Below, in pieces: positions 35,414 to 46,192 of a stretch of 64,000 nt of DNA; position 1 is the stretch's first letter, and every line of letters begins with the position of its first letter. Both the position numbers and the translations under genes were made by a program. The notes beneath the pieces are model-generated. The model saw only the letters and a list, made by a program, of their open reading frames with translations, was not told the origin of the DNA and ran no database searches. The DNA is from Diplonema japonicum (Eukaryota; Protista; Euglenozoa: Diplonemea): contig OZ025712.1 in NCBI GenBank assembly GCA_964019335.1, forward strand, positions 248,001 to 312,000, written 5' to 3'.

Positions 35414-36586
35414 TCAGGTAATAACATTTGGGTCACCGGGTTTCCAAGATGACAACAGTTCAGCTCGTTTAGCGGTTCTGGATAAAAGCTGGTTCGTCGT
35501 TTCATAGTGCTTTTGAATCTTTTGAAAGACGGGACACAGCGGCCTGAAGAGAAGCCTAGCAGGTGGAGTATCAGAACAATTACAGATAATCTTCAAACAG
35601 TTCGTCAAGAGCACGGGATTCGTGGTCTCCGGGGAGAACTTTTCAACAATGTTGAAGGTTGCCTGGCAGATTCCTGTAGAAAAAGCCTGCCGTTTTCCCT
35701 CATTGCTGACCGTTGTGATCATTATGGCACCAGTTCCGCTTACTTGTATTGATTCTTCATCGTGTTCGACAAAATCGAGCAAACTTTCCAAAACGTTTTG
35801 ATCCGCGCACGCAGTCTTCCCTGCGTTGTAAAAAGCGATTTTACACAAAACTTCGCAAGCTTGCTCCTTTACACCAGAGTGCGCAGATCGTACCAATACC
35901 TTCAACACCGGCAACACATTCTCATTCAGAACCTCCATGAACGCTCCCTTCACATTGAAAACCTTCCCCAACGCTATCAACGAATGTGTCGTGACCGCAG
36001 GAGGACCAGCCTTCGCCTTCTGAATATATATTTTAATACACCCTTGTTTGATCAATGTCTCTGTTCCCCGATACTCAGTAACAGCGTGATCCATTGCTGC
36101 AAGACAAGCTAGTACCTCAACAACTACAGGTGGATCTGGGTCATCGAGTGCTTCTAAAAGCTGTGTTGTGTAATTGTTTTCAATGAGGCATTCCAAGCCT
36201 GGTTGTGTGACGGCAACGAACATTAAAGCTTTTCCTGCGGATGCTCTTGCGTAGGTTGTTTCGTCCTTAAGCCTTCTTATCAGTGGTGGGATGACCCCGT
36301 AGGTTACACACCGGAGGACGTGGTCTTGCTTCTGTCCGAAGATGCCAAGCAGGCTTTCCAAAGCCTTTTCTCTTAACCCGACTTCCGGGGCATCGATGGT
36401 TTCCACCAGCTTCGGGTACAGAATCGACCGGTACGGTTCGGTCAGGCTTTTTTGCGAGCCCTCCCTCCCTGTGCTGACGACCTTGCACGAGTGTCGCGTG
36501 ATGTGGTTCAGATTCTTCTCTATCCCACGTTCCTCTATGTTGTCGGTGTATTCCTCCCCTTGCAGCCTACGCAGGACTGACCACAT
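35414..36586 (-). CDS. RSPH14: armadillo-repeat radial spoke head 14 (RTDR1)-like protein
   Basis: YRSILYPKLVETI...LREKALESL followed by ARM repeats; about 390 aa. Confidence 0.65.
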   Translation of the reverse strand: MWSVLRRLQGEEYTDNIEERGIEKNLNHITRHSCKVVSTGREGSQKSLTEPYRSILYPKLVETIDAPEVGLREKALESLLGIFGQKQDHVLRCVTYGVIPPLIRRLKDETTYARASAGKALMFVAVTQPGLECLIENNYTTQLLEALDDPDPPVVVEVLACLAAMDHAVTEYRGTETLIKQGCIKIYIQKAKAGPPAVTTHSLIALGKVFNVKGAFMEVLNENVLPVLKVLVRSAHSGVKEQACEVLCKIAFYNAGKTACADQNVLESLLDFVEHDEESIQVSGTGAIMITTVSNEGKRQAFSTGICQATFNIVEKFSPETTNPVLLTNCLKIICNCSDTPPARLLFRPLCPVFQKIQKHYETTNQLLSRTAKRAELLSSWKPGDPNVIT

Positions 36587-36647
36587 TTTTTTTTTTTTTC
36601 CCCCTACTCCCACTGGAGGTTTGTTGGAACAAATTTAAAAGATATTC

Positions 36648-36678
<31 letters not shown>

Positions 36679-37180
36679 CAAAGATCTACAATTTTTTTTA
36701 TTCTAAAAAAAAAAGGGGGGTTTGCCTCTTTATTTGAACTATGTTAAGTAAAAGGGCTGCCCTTCATATGGGGGGGGGGGGGGGGGGGTCAATGCTATGG
36801 GCCACAAAATGTGAGAAAAAGAAAAAAAAAGAGAGGTGAGAAAAAGAAAAAAAAAGCGAAAAGAAAATACAAAAAAGAGGTAAACGGTTGGGGGTGGGGT
36901 AGGGGGGTTAGAAACAAGCCAGTTGGCAACTGGCGTGACCCTCTTTCCCCCTTTTTTATTCTCCTCTTTTTTTTCTTTTTTTTTTCTCTTTTTTTTTTTT
37001 CAACACTAATTTTTTCTCTGCGGGCACCTGAGGTTGTGTTCTACGACCAAAGCTGTAAAAAAAGAAAAAAAAAAGAAATATGCTTCTATAACCCCCCCCC
37101 CCCCCCCCCCCCACCTCACAATCAATATTCTATAATAAAGGGAAACAACAACAACAACAACAAAAAAAAAAAACACACAC

Positions 37181-38812
37181 TCAATGAAAAACCTCTGTCT
37201 TGGCTCTTTTAGCAGGCTGCGTTTCCTGCACCACATCATCGTTGAATAATAACCGTTTGCCGATGTTTCCCTGCGAGCCTTGCGAGAGTAAGAAATTTTG
37301 CTCCTGGCTGGCGTTGGGGGATCGGGGCACCTTGCTGTTCTGGACCATAGGAGAAGCGGTGCCTTCTTGATTTTGCGTCTCGTTCCACGCATCGGCTATA
37401 AGACTGGCTAGTTCAGAAGCAATGTCCTTGCGCTTACAGTAAACTCTGATAATCCTTTCCCAGAAGTGAGCAGGCTGTGAGGTATTCTTCAGGTTGGCGT
37501 CGGTGAGGTACACGACAGATTCTTCGTCAACGTCATTCTCTTTCTCTTTATCTCTCTTTTTGGATTTGTAAAAGGGTACGTGTTTCAAAGGGTTCTCCTT
37601 CCGCCTGGTGAAATCTCTGTCGCTGACCACGACGATAAAATCGCTGCTGTACTTTTCTAATTCTGGTTTCGCTTCCAAAAGCTGTGCTTTCAGTTTTCTC
37701 TCCGCGTCGAGCCGATCGTCCTTCTCCCTTGACTCAACCCCCAACTTAACGTCTTCCATCAACGACGTGTACAGGTCTCGTTGTTTAATCCGTTTGATCA
37801 AATCCTGTGCTTTGCGCAGTGTGTCGACGCAGAACCGTTTTGGGGGGTTGTCTTGGCTCAAACATTCAATTCGGTGAATCACATTGTCGGTCAAAAGAAG
37901 GTACAATTTCGGGTTGGTTATCGCGTCAGAGATTCGAAGCCAGTCCTTGGCCAAAACGAGGACTTCCTCTATCATGAGTTGAAACGCCACAACAACGGAG
38001 TGCCCGTACACCTGGTGGTGGAGATCGAACCGAGATCGGAAGAGTTGGTGGATCATCCATTCTTCTTTGATGTAATATGCAAGAATGAGTTCCCCCTTTT
38101 CTGACTTTCTCACCTGGGGGCGGAGTAGGCGGGTGATGTCGAAGGCGATTTTCGCTCCGCAGAACATCGCATCGCGAAGCAGATAATCGTATTTATCCAC
38201 GTCCATCCCGGTTTGTTTATTCGCCACGATCTGGAAGAGGAAGAGGGGTTTGTTCATTGGCCTTTTCTCGTCTTTGTTCACGCCTCTGATCATCGCTTTC
38301 ACCAGTTTGATTTCCTCTTCCCGTATGTCTAGTTTCCCTTCCTCCACAGCCTTTTCAAACAGCATTTCTGACGCGTTTTCATGGTGCCAGGTTTTCGGAA
38401 CGTCCTTTCCTTTTGTTCTCTCTTCTTCTAAAACTATTTGTACCACTCTTTCAAACCCGTGTGAGAACGGGCCGTGCCCTAGGTCGTGACACAAACCGGC
38501 TATCGAGACCAGGAGGATGTCGCGGTCTGATATGTTCAGCTCGGGTTGTTTGAACTGCAGCCGCTGTATCACCTTGTTCGCGAGATAGCACACACCGAGG
38601 GAATGCATGAACCTGCTGTGGACCGCGCCGGGGAACACCCAGTCCGCGGAGCCGAGCTGCCGCAGCTCTCTCAACCGCTGGAAGTACAACGTGTCGATGA
38701 TCTTCACTATATCGGGCTCGAACTCCATGTGGCCATGCACGGGGTCGTTGATGATTTTGCATTTCTTGTCACCACGATCAGGGACTGTTTGTGGAGTGTA
38801 AGGAGAGTCCAT
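37181..38812 (-). CDS. SAMHD1-like HD-domain dNTP triphosphohydrolase (no SAM domain)
   Basis: INDPVHGH, FQRLRELRQLG, HSRFMHSLGV, LCHDLGHGPFSH, DVDKYDYLLRD. Confidence 0.93.
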   Translation of the reverse strand: MDSPYTPQTVPDRGDKKCKIINDPVHGHMEFEPDIVKIIDTLYFQRLRELRQLGSADWVFPGAVHSRFMHSLGVCYLANKVIQRLQFKQPELNISDRDILLVSIAGLCHDLGHGPFSHGFERVVQIVLEEERTKGKDVPKTWHHENASEMLFEKAVEEGKLDIREEEIKLVKAMIRGVNKDEKRPMNKPLFLFQIVANKQTGMDVDKYDYLLRDAMFCGAKIAFDITRLLRPQVRKSEKGELILAYYIKEEWMIHQLFRSRFDLHHQVYGHSVVVAFQLMIEEVLVLAKDWLRISDAITNPKLYLLLTDNVIHRIECLSQDNPPKRFCVDTLRKAQDLIKRIKQRDLYTSLMEDVKLGVESREKDDRLDAERKLKAQLLEAKPELEKYSSDFIVVVSDRDFTRRKENPLKHVPFYKSKKRDKEKENDVDEESVVYLTDANLKNTSQPAHFWERIIRVYCKRKDIASELASLIADAWNETQNQEGTASPMVQNSKVPRSPNASQEQNFLLSQGSQGNIGKRLLFNDDVVQETQPAKRAKTEVFH

Positions 38813-38878
38813 TTTTCCTTGTGTGTGTCTGTGTTGTGTGTGTGTTTATTTACAAGTCTAGAGGGAAGAGAAGTATAA

Positions 38879-38912
<34 letters not shown>

Positions 38913-39011
38913 AAAGCTAGATAGTCAAAGCTACTTGTCAAAACAAGGGGAAAGAAAAAAAAAATGTGGCAGGACGCCTGAAGAGTCTCAATCTATCTCT
39001 CTCTCTCTCGG

Positions 39012-39045
<34 letters not shown>

Positions 39046-39050
39046 AAGCC

Positions 39051-40226
39051 TCACAGTAGTATCGATATAACCTGTTTACTCTGTGGACCTGTGAGGAGAG
39101 CAGCTTGCAGAGCAGCACCTATAGTAACAGCCTCGATGGGGTACCTTGTCATGACTATGTCAATCCCACTGAAGAAGTTGCACATCATACTTCGTATTTT
39201 GGGAATGAGTGAGGACCCACCCACAAGTACCACCTCATGCACAGACCTCTTGTCCATCTTGGCCTCACGCAGTACTGTCTCCACGTGGGTCATGCACGAG
39301 CTGAAGAGGTCTTCGCACAAACCCTCAAAGACATCCCTCGTGATGGAGGTGTAGAAGTCGATACCCTCGAAGAGGGAGTCGATCTCAATGCTGGCACAGG
39401 CAGCCGAGGAGAGAGTTCTCTTAGCCCTTTCGCACTCTGTCCTCAGCCTCCTCATGGCTATGTGATCCACGGTGAGGTCCTTCTTGTTCTTCCTCTTGAA
39501 CTCCGCGACGAAGTGGTTCACCATCCTGTTGTCGAAGTCCTCCCCACCCAAGTGGGTGTCACCGGCGGTCGCCATCAGCTCAAAGATCCCACAGTCGATG
39601 GTGAGGAGGGTCACGTCGAAGGTACCACCACCAAGGTCGAAGATGAGGATGTTCTGCTCCGCCTCGTCCGCCTTGTCCGTCGTGTCAAGACCGTAGGCGA
39701 TGGCGGCACCTGTGGGCTCGTTGATGATACGGAGAACCTCCATCCCGGAGATGGTACAGGCGGCCTTGGTGGCCTGACGTTGCGAGTCGTTGAAGTAATA
39801 CGGGACAGCAACGACAACCTTTGTGACTTCCTCGCCTAGGTACGCCTCAGCGGTTTCCTTCATCTTGGTTATAATCATGGAGGTGATTTCTTCGGGAAGG
39901 AATTGCCGCTCCCCGCTGACCTGGATCAGGGGATCTCCGGTGTTCTTCGCAACCACTTTGAAGGGCCAGCGCTTCATGTCGTTCTGCACAGAAGGGTCAA
40001 GGAACTTCCTTCCGATCAGCCTGTTCATGTCGAACACAGTGTTCGAGGCAGTTGTTATCTTCGCTGCTTCGCCGACGAGATGCTCGGTGTCGGTGAAGGC
40101 CACGTACGAGGGGGTTGTCCTGTTCCCCTGGTCGTTCATGATGATCTCCACATTCTTTCCACGGCACACACCCACGCGTGCATTGGTCGTCCCCAAGTTG
40201 ATACCTATCGCTCCATCGTACACCAT
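39051..40226 (-). pseudogene. truncated, degenerate cytosolic Hsp70 (nucleotide-binding domain only)
   Basis: [30 protein letters not shown] and [10 protein letters not shown] are present, but the ORF stops at the interdomain linker and catalytic residues are substituted. Confidence 0.75.
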
Positions 40227-40460
40227 GGTTGGTCACCCTGTGCGTGTTCAGCTAGATTTTTAAACAAGATTCAGAAAAACAGAATATCCTTCCGATATTC
40301 TACAAAACTTCTTTGCTGCGGTTTCGTTCATTTTTTTTTGCTTCTTTTTTTTTTTTTTTTATATTATTGGTACCCTGATTGGGGGCGTTCTCAATAGAAC
40401 AAAAAAAAAAGAAAATGTCAAAATCAGGTTTTCTTTTTTCTTTTCTTTTTTTTTTTTCTC

Positions 40461-41699
40461 TCATAACCTCAGAGAAACGTTGACCTGGTTGATGAACTTG
40501 CCGAACAACCCACCACAGCAATCCACCAGGTCAAGCAAGCAGTTCCCGTCCACCACCCACAGCTGGTTCAAACAGGCCACAACGTGTGCTGCGGAAGAAA
40601 ACCGCACAGCCGCATAAGGCAGCTTCAAGAGCTCCCCCTCACCGCTGACAGAGATGTTGTAGAAAAACCTCACATCGAGCACTTCTCTTTCGGGAGTTGA
40701 GAAGAAAGCTTTGAAGTGATCCTTTGTCATCCACGGTGGGGTGTGCTTGGCACCCACCCAGTACTCCATTCTGATATTGACCTTATACTTCTCCATGATA
40801 GGGATAGGGGGTGCAGGCGGTGGATTTTTGGGAGGGTTGTTGATGGGCTCCAATTTCGCAAGTTCCTCACTTTTCTCAGCGTCAGGGAATGTAACAGGTG
40901 GAGGAGGTCGGACCAGTGAGTCTGATACAATGCACACAGCAGAGGCAACTGTGGATAGAATAGAGACTTTGATCCTCATAAGATACCTCACAGCAGCAAT
41001 GCGACACACTGCCTTCGTCGCAACAGTCAGAACGGCTGCATAGGAGGTCTGCTGTTGTTTCGAGAAGTTTTCCAACATGGTCCTGTGGGGTAGAAAGCAC
41101 CTCGGTCGCAAACCGCGCCGGGGGTCCTCTTCGGGGGCGTATGAGTTGGCAAAGCGTCCCATTTCCAATGCCCGCTGAGGGACCCGCAGCCAGGACCAGA
41201 AGGAGACTCCTTCAGGAGGTGTTTGTGTGATGACCAAACCCGATTTCCTTCTCTGCGACGATATGACTGGTTCGGGCTCTGTTCTGGTCTGGCTTTGCAG
41301 TGAGTCCATCATTGGTGCGAACACGCTTAAGGATGATGGTGCACAAGATGACGTTACTGAAGAAGGCGGCCTTGCCTCTGCCTCTGTCTCCTCTTGTGCA
41401 CTTTCAGGAGTTGGAGGAGGTGCCGGGACCGAAATCCCTTGTAGAATATTTTCGATCGTGTTTCGTTTCGCCATTGGTGCCTCGAATGGTGCCGCGCGCT
41501 TCCGCGCTACCGGTGCTGGCGGGGGCGGCGGGGCTCGCTTTTTCACAATTTTGTTCACCACTGCATCGTCCTGGTTTTCATGCCCCTCACCATTTTCAGG
41601 AGGATCCCCGATCGCGAATTTCAACAACCCGCTTGAAGAGCTGCTCTCACTGCTGTTACTACTGCTGCTGCTGGTCACGCTACTCGTGCTACTTGACAT
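40461..41699 (-). CDS. hypothetical Ser/Pro-rich protein, possible C-terminal RRM-like fold
   Basis: 412-aa ORF starting at an ATG after a poly(A) leader; MTKDHFKAFFS...VLDVRF...YAAVRFSS. Confidence 0.65.
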   Translation of the reverse strand: MSSSTSSVTSSSSSNSSESSSSSGLLKFAIGDPPENGEGHENQDDAVVNKIVKKRAPPPPPAPVARKRAAPFEAPMAKRNTIENILQGISVPAPPPTPESAQEETEAEARPPSSVTSSCAPSSLSVFAPMMDSLQSQTRTEPEPVISSQRRKSGLVITQTPPEGVSFWSWLRVPQRALEMGRFANSYAPEEDPRRGLRPRCFLPHRTMLENFSKQQQTSYAAVLTVATKAVCRIAAVRYLMRIKVSILSTVASAVCIVSDSLVRPPPPVTFPDAEKSEELAKLEPINNPPKNPPPAPPIPIMEKYKVNIRMEYWVGAKHTPPWMTKDHFKAFFSTPEREVLDVRFFYNISVSGEGELLKLPYAAVRFSSAAHVVACLNQLWVVDGNCLLDLVDCCGGLFGKFINQVNVSLRL

Positions 41700-41940
41700 T
41701 TTTTTTTTTCTCTTTCCCCCCACTTTTATCTCATTTTTTTTTTCACCCCCTCCTCTGAATGGGGGAGTTTTTTTTTTTTTTTTTCTTCTTCTTTTTTTTT
41801 TTCTTCCCAGGGAAAAAAATTGCTAGCAAAACCAAACCGATAACTCGCCCTCTTATTTCGTCCCCCGTTTCCCTTCTTCAAAAGGAAAGGAAACATCGGT
41901 GGTTCTCCCCCCCCCCCCCCCCCCCCCTGCCCTGCATGTC

Positions 41941-42591
41941 TCATTGCTGCTTCAATAAGACGGCCCCGAACAGCCCGGCACATAACAGCCCAAAGCTCCA
42001 TCGGCGTTGGGAAAGCGCGGCTTCCGCCTGAGTGCTGCCTTTCACAACGTTCGAATTTAAAAATTCCACGTTTTGTTTCCAAGAAGGGATCCCCGCGTCA
42101 TATATCTCCTTCTTCCAGATGGGAACGGTGGTTTTAAGGGTGTCGATGATAAACCGAACGGCGGCCATTGACGCCTTGTGTGTGTGTGTGTGTGTTTTTT
42201 TTTTTTTTCTTTTTTTCCTTCCCCTTCATACCACTCTGTGAGGTGAGGAAACAACAATGACCACAGAGGCTTCACAGACAGGGACGAGGCCCTTTCGGTG
42301 AACAACGACGATGCCTTTTACGTCTTCCCATTTTTCTCGCACGCTGTCAGCTATCTTTTTCATCTCCTTCAATGCCATCTCGTCGTAAGCTTCGTAAAAC
42401 AGCTCCACGACACCTTTGCCTTCAAAGTTGTCACGTGTCGTTCCGCTGAATGTCGCCACAGCCCCACAGCTCGAATAGGACACTTTACTAACCCACTCCC
42501 CAACAGGGATCGCATCATCTGTGAGCTCTAAGAACGTATCGCAATCGGGTGCGCCCGCCAGACCCGTATATCTAGCCGTGGTATTAGGCAT
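41941..42591 (-). CDS. MOCS2: molybdopterin synthase catalytic subunit (MoaE/MOCS2B)
   Basis: CGAVATFSGTTRDNFEGKGV..LFYEAY, HRKGLVPVCEASV, SSPHRV|ASMAAVRFIIDTLKTTVPIWKKE; intron 42175-42231. Confidence 0.93.
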
Positions 42592-42691
42592 TTTTTTTTT
42601 TTTTTTTTTTTTTTTCCTTTTTTTTTTTCTCTTCTTCCCCACCCTCTTTATTTCATCATTCGGACGGTACATTTACTTTGGATAATACACT

Positions 42692-42722
<31 letters not shown>

Positions 42723-42723
<1 letters not shown>

Positions 42724-44156
42724 CATTTTTCCTGCTCCTTCTCACGAAGCTCAGCCTTCAGTTTTTTCCTGGGCTTGTCGTTAGTTGCAGGAAACGTTGG
42801 CATCATGTCCGTGTGTTGCGGGAGAGGTGCTTCTTCAAAGAAAGTATGTCGGAGAGCGGTTGAGGCGGTTGCCCTCTGTTGAGGGTCATAAGTCAAGAGT
42901 GATGAGAGAAGCGAGAGGCCGGACGCGGGGAGATAAGGTTTGGTAGCGTGCCCCGGTGTTGAGGAGAACAGAAGCCCCAGCTTGCTGGTGGGCGGTCCGG
43001 TGAACTGAAGCCCGGTTTTTATCTTCGGAAGGTTGAAATACCCCGGCCAAGAGGCCTCCGCAGGGTCACCCAACACACCAAATATCAAACTGAGCTGGTT
43101 TACGTCGCTTTTACCCTGCAAAAACGCGTTGCCAAGGAAAAATTCCGCAACAATACACCCCAACGCCCATAGATCAGAGGAAATTGTGTAGTCGCGAGCG
43201 TCAAGTAGGACCTCGGGACTTCGGTACCAAAGGGTGCAGGTTCCAGGGGTGAGCACGCTCTGCTGTCCTACCAATCGGGCAAGCCTGGTTTTTTTTTTTT
43301 TTTTTTTTTTTTTTGGAAATACCCGAAATCGCAGATTTTTAAAATCCCTTTGTTCGTGTACAGCAAGTTGCTTGTTTTCAGGTCTCGGTGGATTACCCAG
43401 TTCTGGTGGATATACTCTACTCCGGTGAGCAGCTGTTGTGTCAAGCATTTAATCTGCGGCAGCGTCCATTTGTACTTCAACCCGTCCATGAGCAACCGGA
43501 TATCATGCTCCACGTACTCCATAGCTAGGTAAACAGACTCCTTGTCGGTGCCCACTACGATTTCCTTTTTTTTTTTTTTTTTTTTTTTTTTGTAAAGGGG
43601 AAAAGGGGAAAAAAAAAGCTTAACTAAAAATTACCTTGATGGCTACGATATTTGGATGGGTTAGGATGACCAAGACATCGATTTCCCGCAAAGCGGTCAG
43701 AGGGAAGCCGTCCTTTTCCTTTTCCATTTTGACTTGTTTGAGGGCGAAGATTTCGCCGGTGGTTTTGTCCTCTGCCCGCCAGACTTTTCCGAAGGTTCCC
43801 TCTGCGATCTCGTTCAGCATCTTTAAAGCGGTTATTTTTCTGCAGGACCTGATGTCGTGGGACAGCCCCGCCCTGTTGAAGGTGGTCGTGCCTTTCCTGG
43901 CAGACCTCCGGCTGTAACTGGTAGACCGTCTCGGTTCAGGTAAAGGTTGATCCTCCTCCCCGTCGGACTCAAGCTTCCTCTTCACACCTGGTGAGGCTAT
44001 GTATAGACCATTCTCTGGTTCCGGTGTCGCTGATTGGCTCTCCACCCGCAACGGTGCCCCAGACACCGGGCTGTCTACTCCCACTTTTGCTTTTTCTTCT
44101 ATTAGCGCTTTTTGCGCGCGAAGCAGTGCCGCGATATCTCCAACACTTTTCGCCAT
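42723..44156 (-). CDS. CDK11/CDK10-like cyclin-dependent kinase
   Basis: [37 protein letters not shown]|[16 protein letters not shown]; introns 43565-43634 and 43285-43322. Confidence 0.92.
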
Positions 44157-44643
44157 TTTCTTTTTTTTTTTTTCCTTTCTTGTTTTTTTTATTATTATTA
44201 TTATTTTTCTCTCGTTCTTTTTTTTTTTTTTTTTTTTTTTTTGCAAAAACATAAATATAAAAAATAAGGGGGAGGAACAATTCACTTTTATACCCAGGTA
44301 AAAGTGGCCGAAATTTAAAAGTACAGTTTTTTTTTTTTCCCCCTTTTTTTCTTTTTTTTTTTTTTTTGGGCAGTGAGATTGTCTTCCATTGAGTTTTTTT
44401 TTCTCCTCCCAAGAAAAAAAAAAACCACCCCATTTTTTGGGGCATTAAGCAGAAATTTCCGACTTTTCTTGGTAAAAGAATTTCGGTATTTTTTTTTGGG
44501 GGGGGTACAAAAGTGAATTACCCCCCCCCCCTTTCGATAGGACCGAAACAACCGCTGCCTCTGGAATAAACCAGAGCAAGGGGGGGGGGGGGGGGGGGGG
44601 GGTAATAATTTCAAACAAGAATTTAAAAAAAAAAAATGAGATT

Positions 44644-45147
44644 TCACGCCACACATCTTGTAAGACAAAGCCTCGTATCGGTTTGGATCGTGTTGTAAGG
44701 GTTGTGGGTTGTGGGAGGTTCAAGGAAGAGCTGGCTATTCGTCTGCACAGAGGTACACGTCGCAGGAGGGCCAAGGTGGCAACAAGGAGCGAGGCTGAGG
44801 TTAAAGGGACCGGACGCCGTGAGGCATTGCGCGCTCTGCTCTGCGTTGGTGTAGTACACATAGTTCTTGATGGTTGTAGGGCCGTATGACCACACGCTGG
44901 ACTTCAAGTTGCAGGACTCAGCCGACAGTCTGAACAGAGTGTCATTCGCCTCCTTAGCAAGGCACCCGTATTGGTTCCCCCAGTACGCCCTCAACTGTAC
45001 ATCACCTTGCGCAACCTCGAAGTAAGCAAAAGTCTGGTTCAACCTACTACCCCACGACACATCGCACGCCGTCACCGTAGCATTCCCCTGACACTCGTCA
45101 ACAGAAACAAGCGCAGCACTCAGAATGGGAAGGATGGCTAGAAACAT
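44644..45147 (-). CDS. small secreted Cys-rich protein (possibly ricin-B-like)
   Basis: Signal-like MFLAILPILSAALVS; CLxx...LxxC pairs and TRLCL. Confidence 0.65.
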   Translation of the reverse strand: MFLAILPILSAALVSVDECQGNATVTACDVSWGSRLNQTFAYFEVAQGDVQLRAYWGNQYGCLAKEANDTLFRLSAESCNLKSSVWSYGPTTIKNYVYYTNAEQSAQCLTASGPFNLSLAPCCHLGPPATCTSVQTNSQLFLEPPTTHNPYNTIQTDTRLCLTRCVA

Positions 45148-45265
45148 CGTTTTTTTTTTTTTTTTTTTTTTCTTTTTCCTTTTCCCACACTCGTTTGTGT
45201 TTTTTTTATTGCATTCACAAAAAAAAAAAAAAAAAAAAAAAAAAAAGAAGAATGGGGAGGGGGCT

Positions 45266-46192
45266 CTAAGGTGGGCACGACACATCAAAAGGTGACATCA
45301 AATTTCCCGAGAAAGGGGGGCGTTGTTGCGACTGGTGTTGGTGCTCATTGGTATAAGTGTTGGTGTTTGTGAAACCACGGCTCACAGGGGCTGAGAAAGC
45401 GGAAGGCCGACCTGGAGAGAACTCCCTTGCGGGTGCACGGCCTGCTCCAAACACACCATCGTTGCCATCGTCACTACGAAAGGCAGACACCGTGCTCGGA
45501 TTAAGCGTAGGGCTAGTAAGATTTTCATTGAAGCCCTTTGCAGGAGGGTGGCTGGATTCACCAGTGGGAACAGGTGACAACCGGCCGTGATTCCCTCGTG
45601 CACGGCCTGAAGGGGGAGGTGAGTAATGCCGTGTAGGTGCTCCGAAAGAATGTGCGTTTTCCGCAATTCTGTCAACAAGCTTTTCATTCACCAATTGCAT
45701 CATATACCCAAATCTCTGAGAGATGTGAACGGACAGCTCCTTGGATCTGGTGAAGAACTGGTTTAAGCTTTCATTCACGTCCGCAATGTCATCCTCTGCT
45801 AGGACATTGCACACAACACCAAGCCCACCTCCAAAAAAAGCCAGGCAAGCAGAAACAGCGGAAATGGCCCATTTAGGGTGTTCGTACCCTACAGGTACAC
45901 CGTGTGGTGCTCGCCAAGGGGTAGTTGTAGCCCTCGGTCGGCCGTTATTTTCCAATAGTCTGGTCATGCCTTGTTCGGAAGTAAACCTGCTCCCACCGTC
46001 GGGGTACGGCGGCCCTTTCACTTGCCTGTGGCGTTGGGTGCCCCTATACGGGATCATCGTGCTATTTTCCCCATCGTTGTTGCCGTTTCGCGACACATTT
46101 TCCCACAGTTTTGTTAAATACTCGATGTCCTCTGTCTGTTCGTTGTGGATGTCGCCTCGGATGCTTTGCTCTTCTTCTTGTGTTGGGTCCAT
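45266..46192 (-). CDS. hypothetical protein with one hydrophobic segment
   Basis: 308-aa ORF with a poly(A) leader; WAISAVSACLAFFGGGLGVVC. Confidence 0.7.
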   Translation of the reverse strand: MDPTQEEEQSIRGDIHNEQTEDIEYLTKLWENVSRNGNNDGENSTMIPYRGTQRHRQVKGPPYPDGGSRFTSEQGMTRLLENNGRPRATTTPWRAPHGVPVGYEHPKWAISAVSACLAFFGGGLGVVCNVLAEDDIADVNESLNQFFTRSKELSVHISQRFGYMMQLVNEKLVDRIAENAHSFGAPTRHYSPPPSGRARGNHGRLSPVPTGESSHPPAKGFNENLTSPTLNPSTVSAFRSDDGNDGVFGAGRAPAREFSPGRPSAFSAPVSRGFTNTNTYTNEHQHQSQQRPPFSGNLMSPFDVSCPP

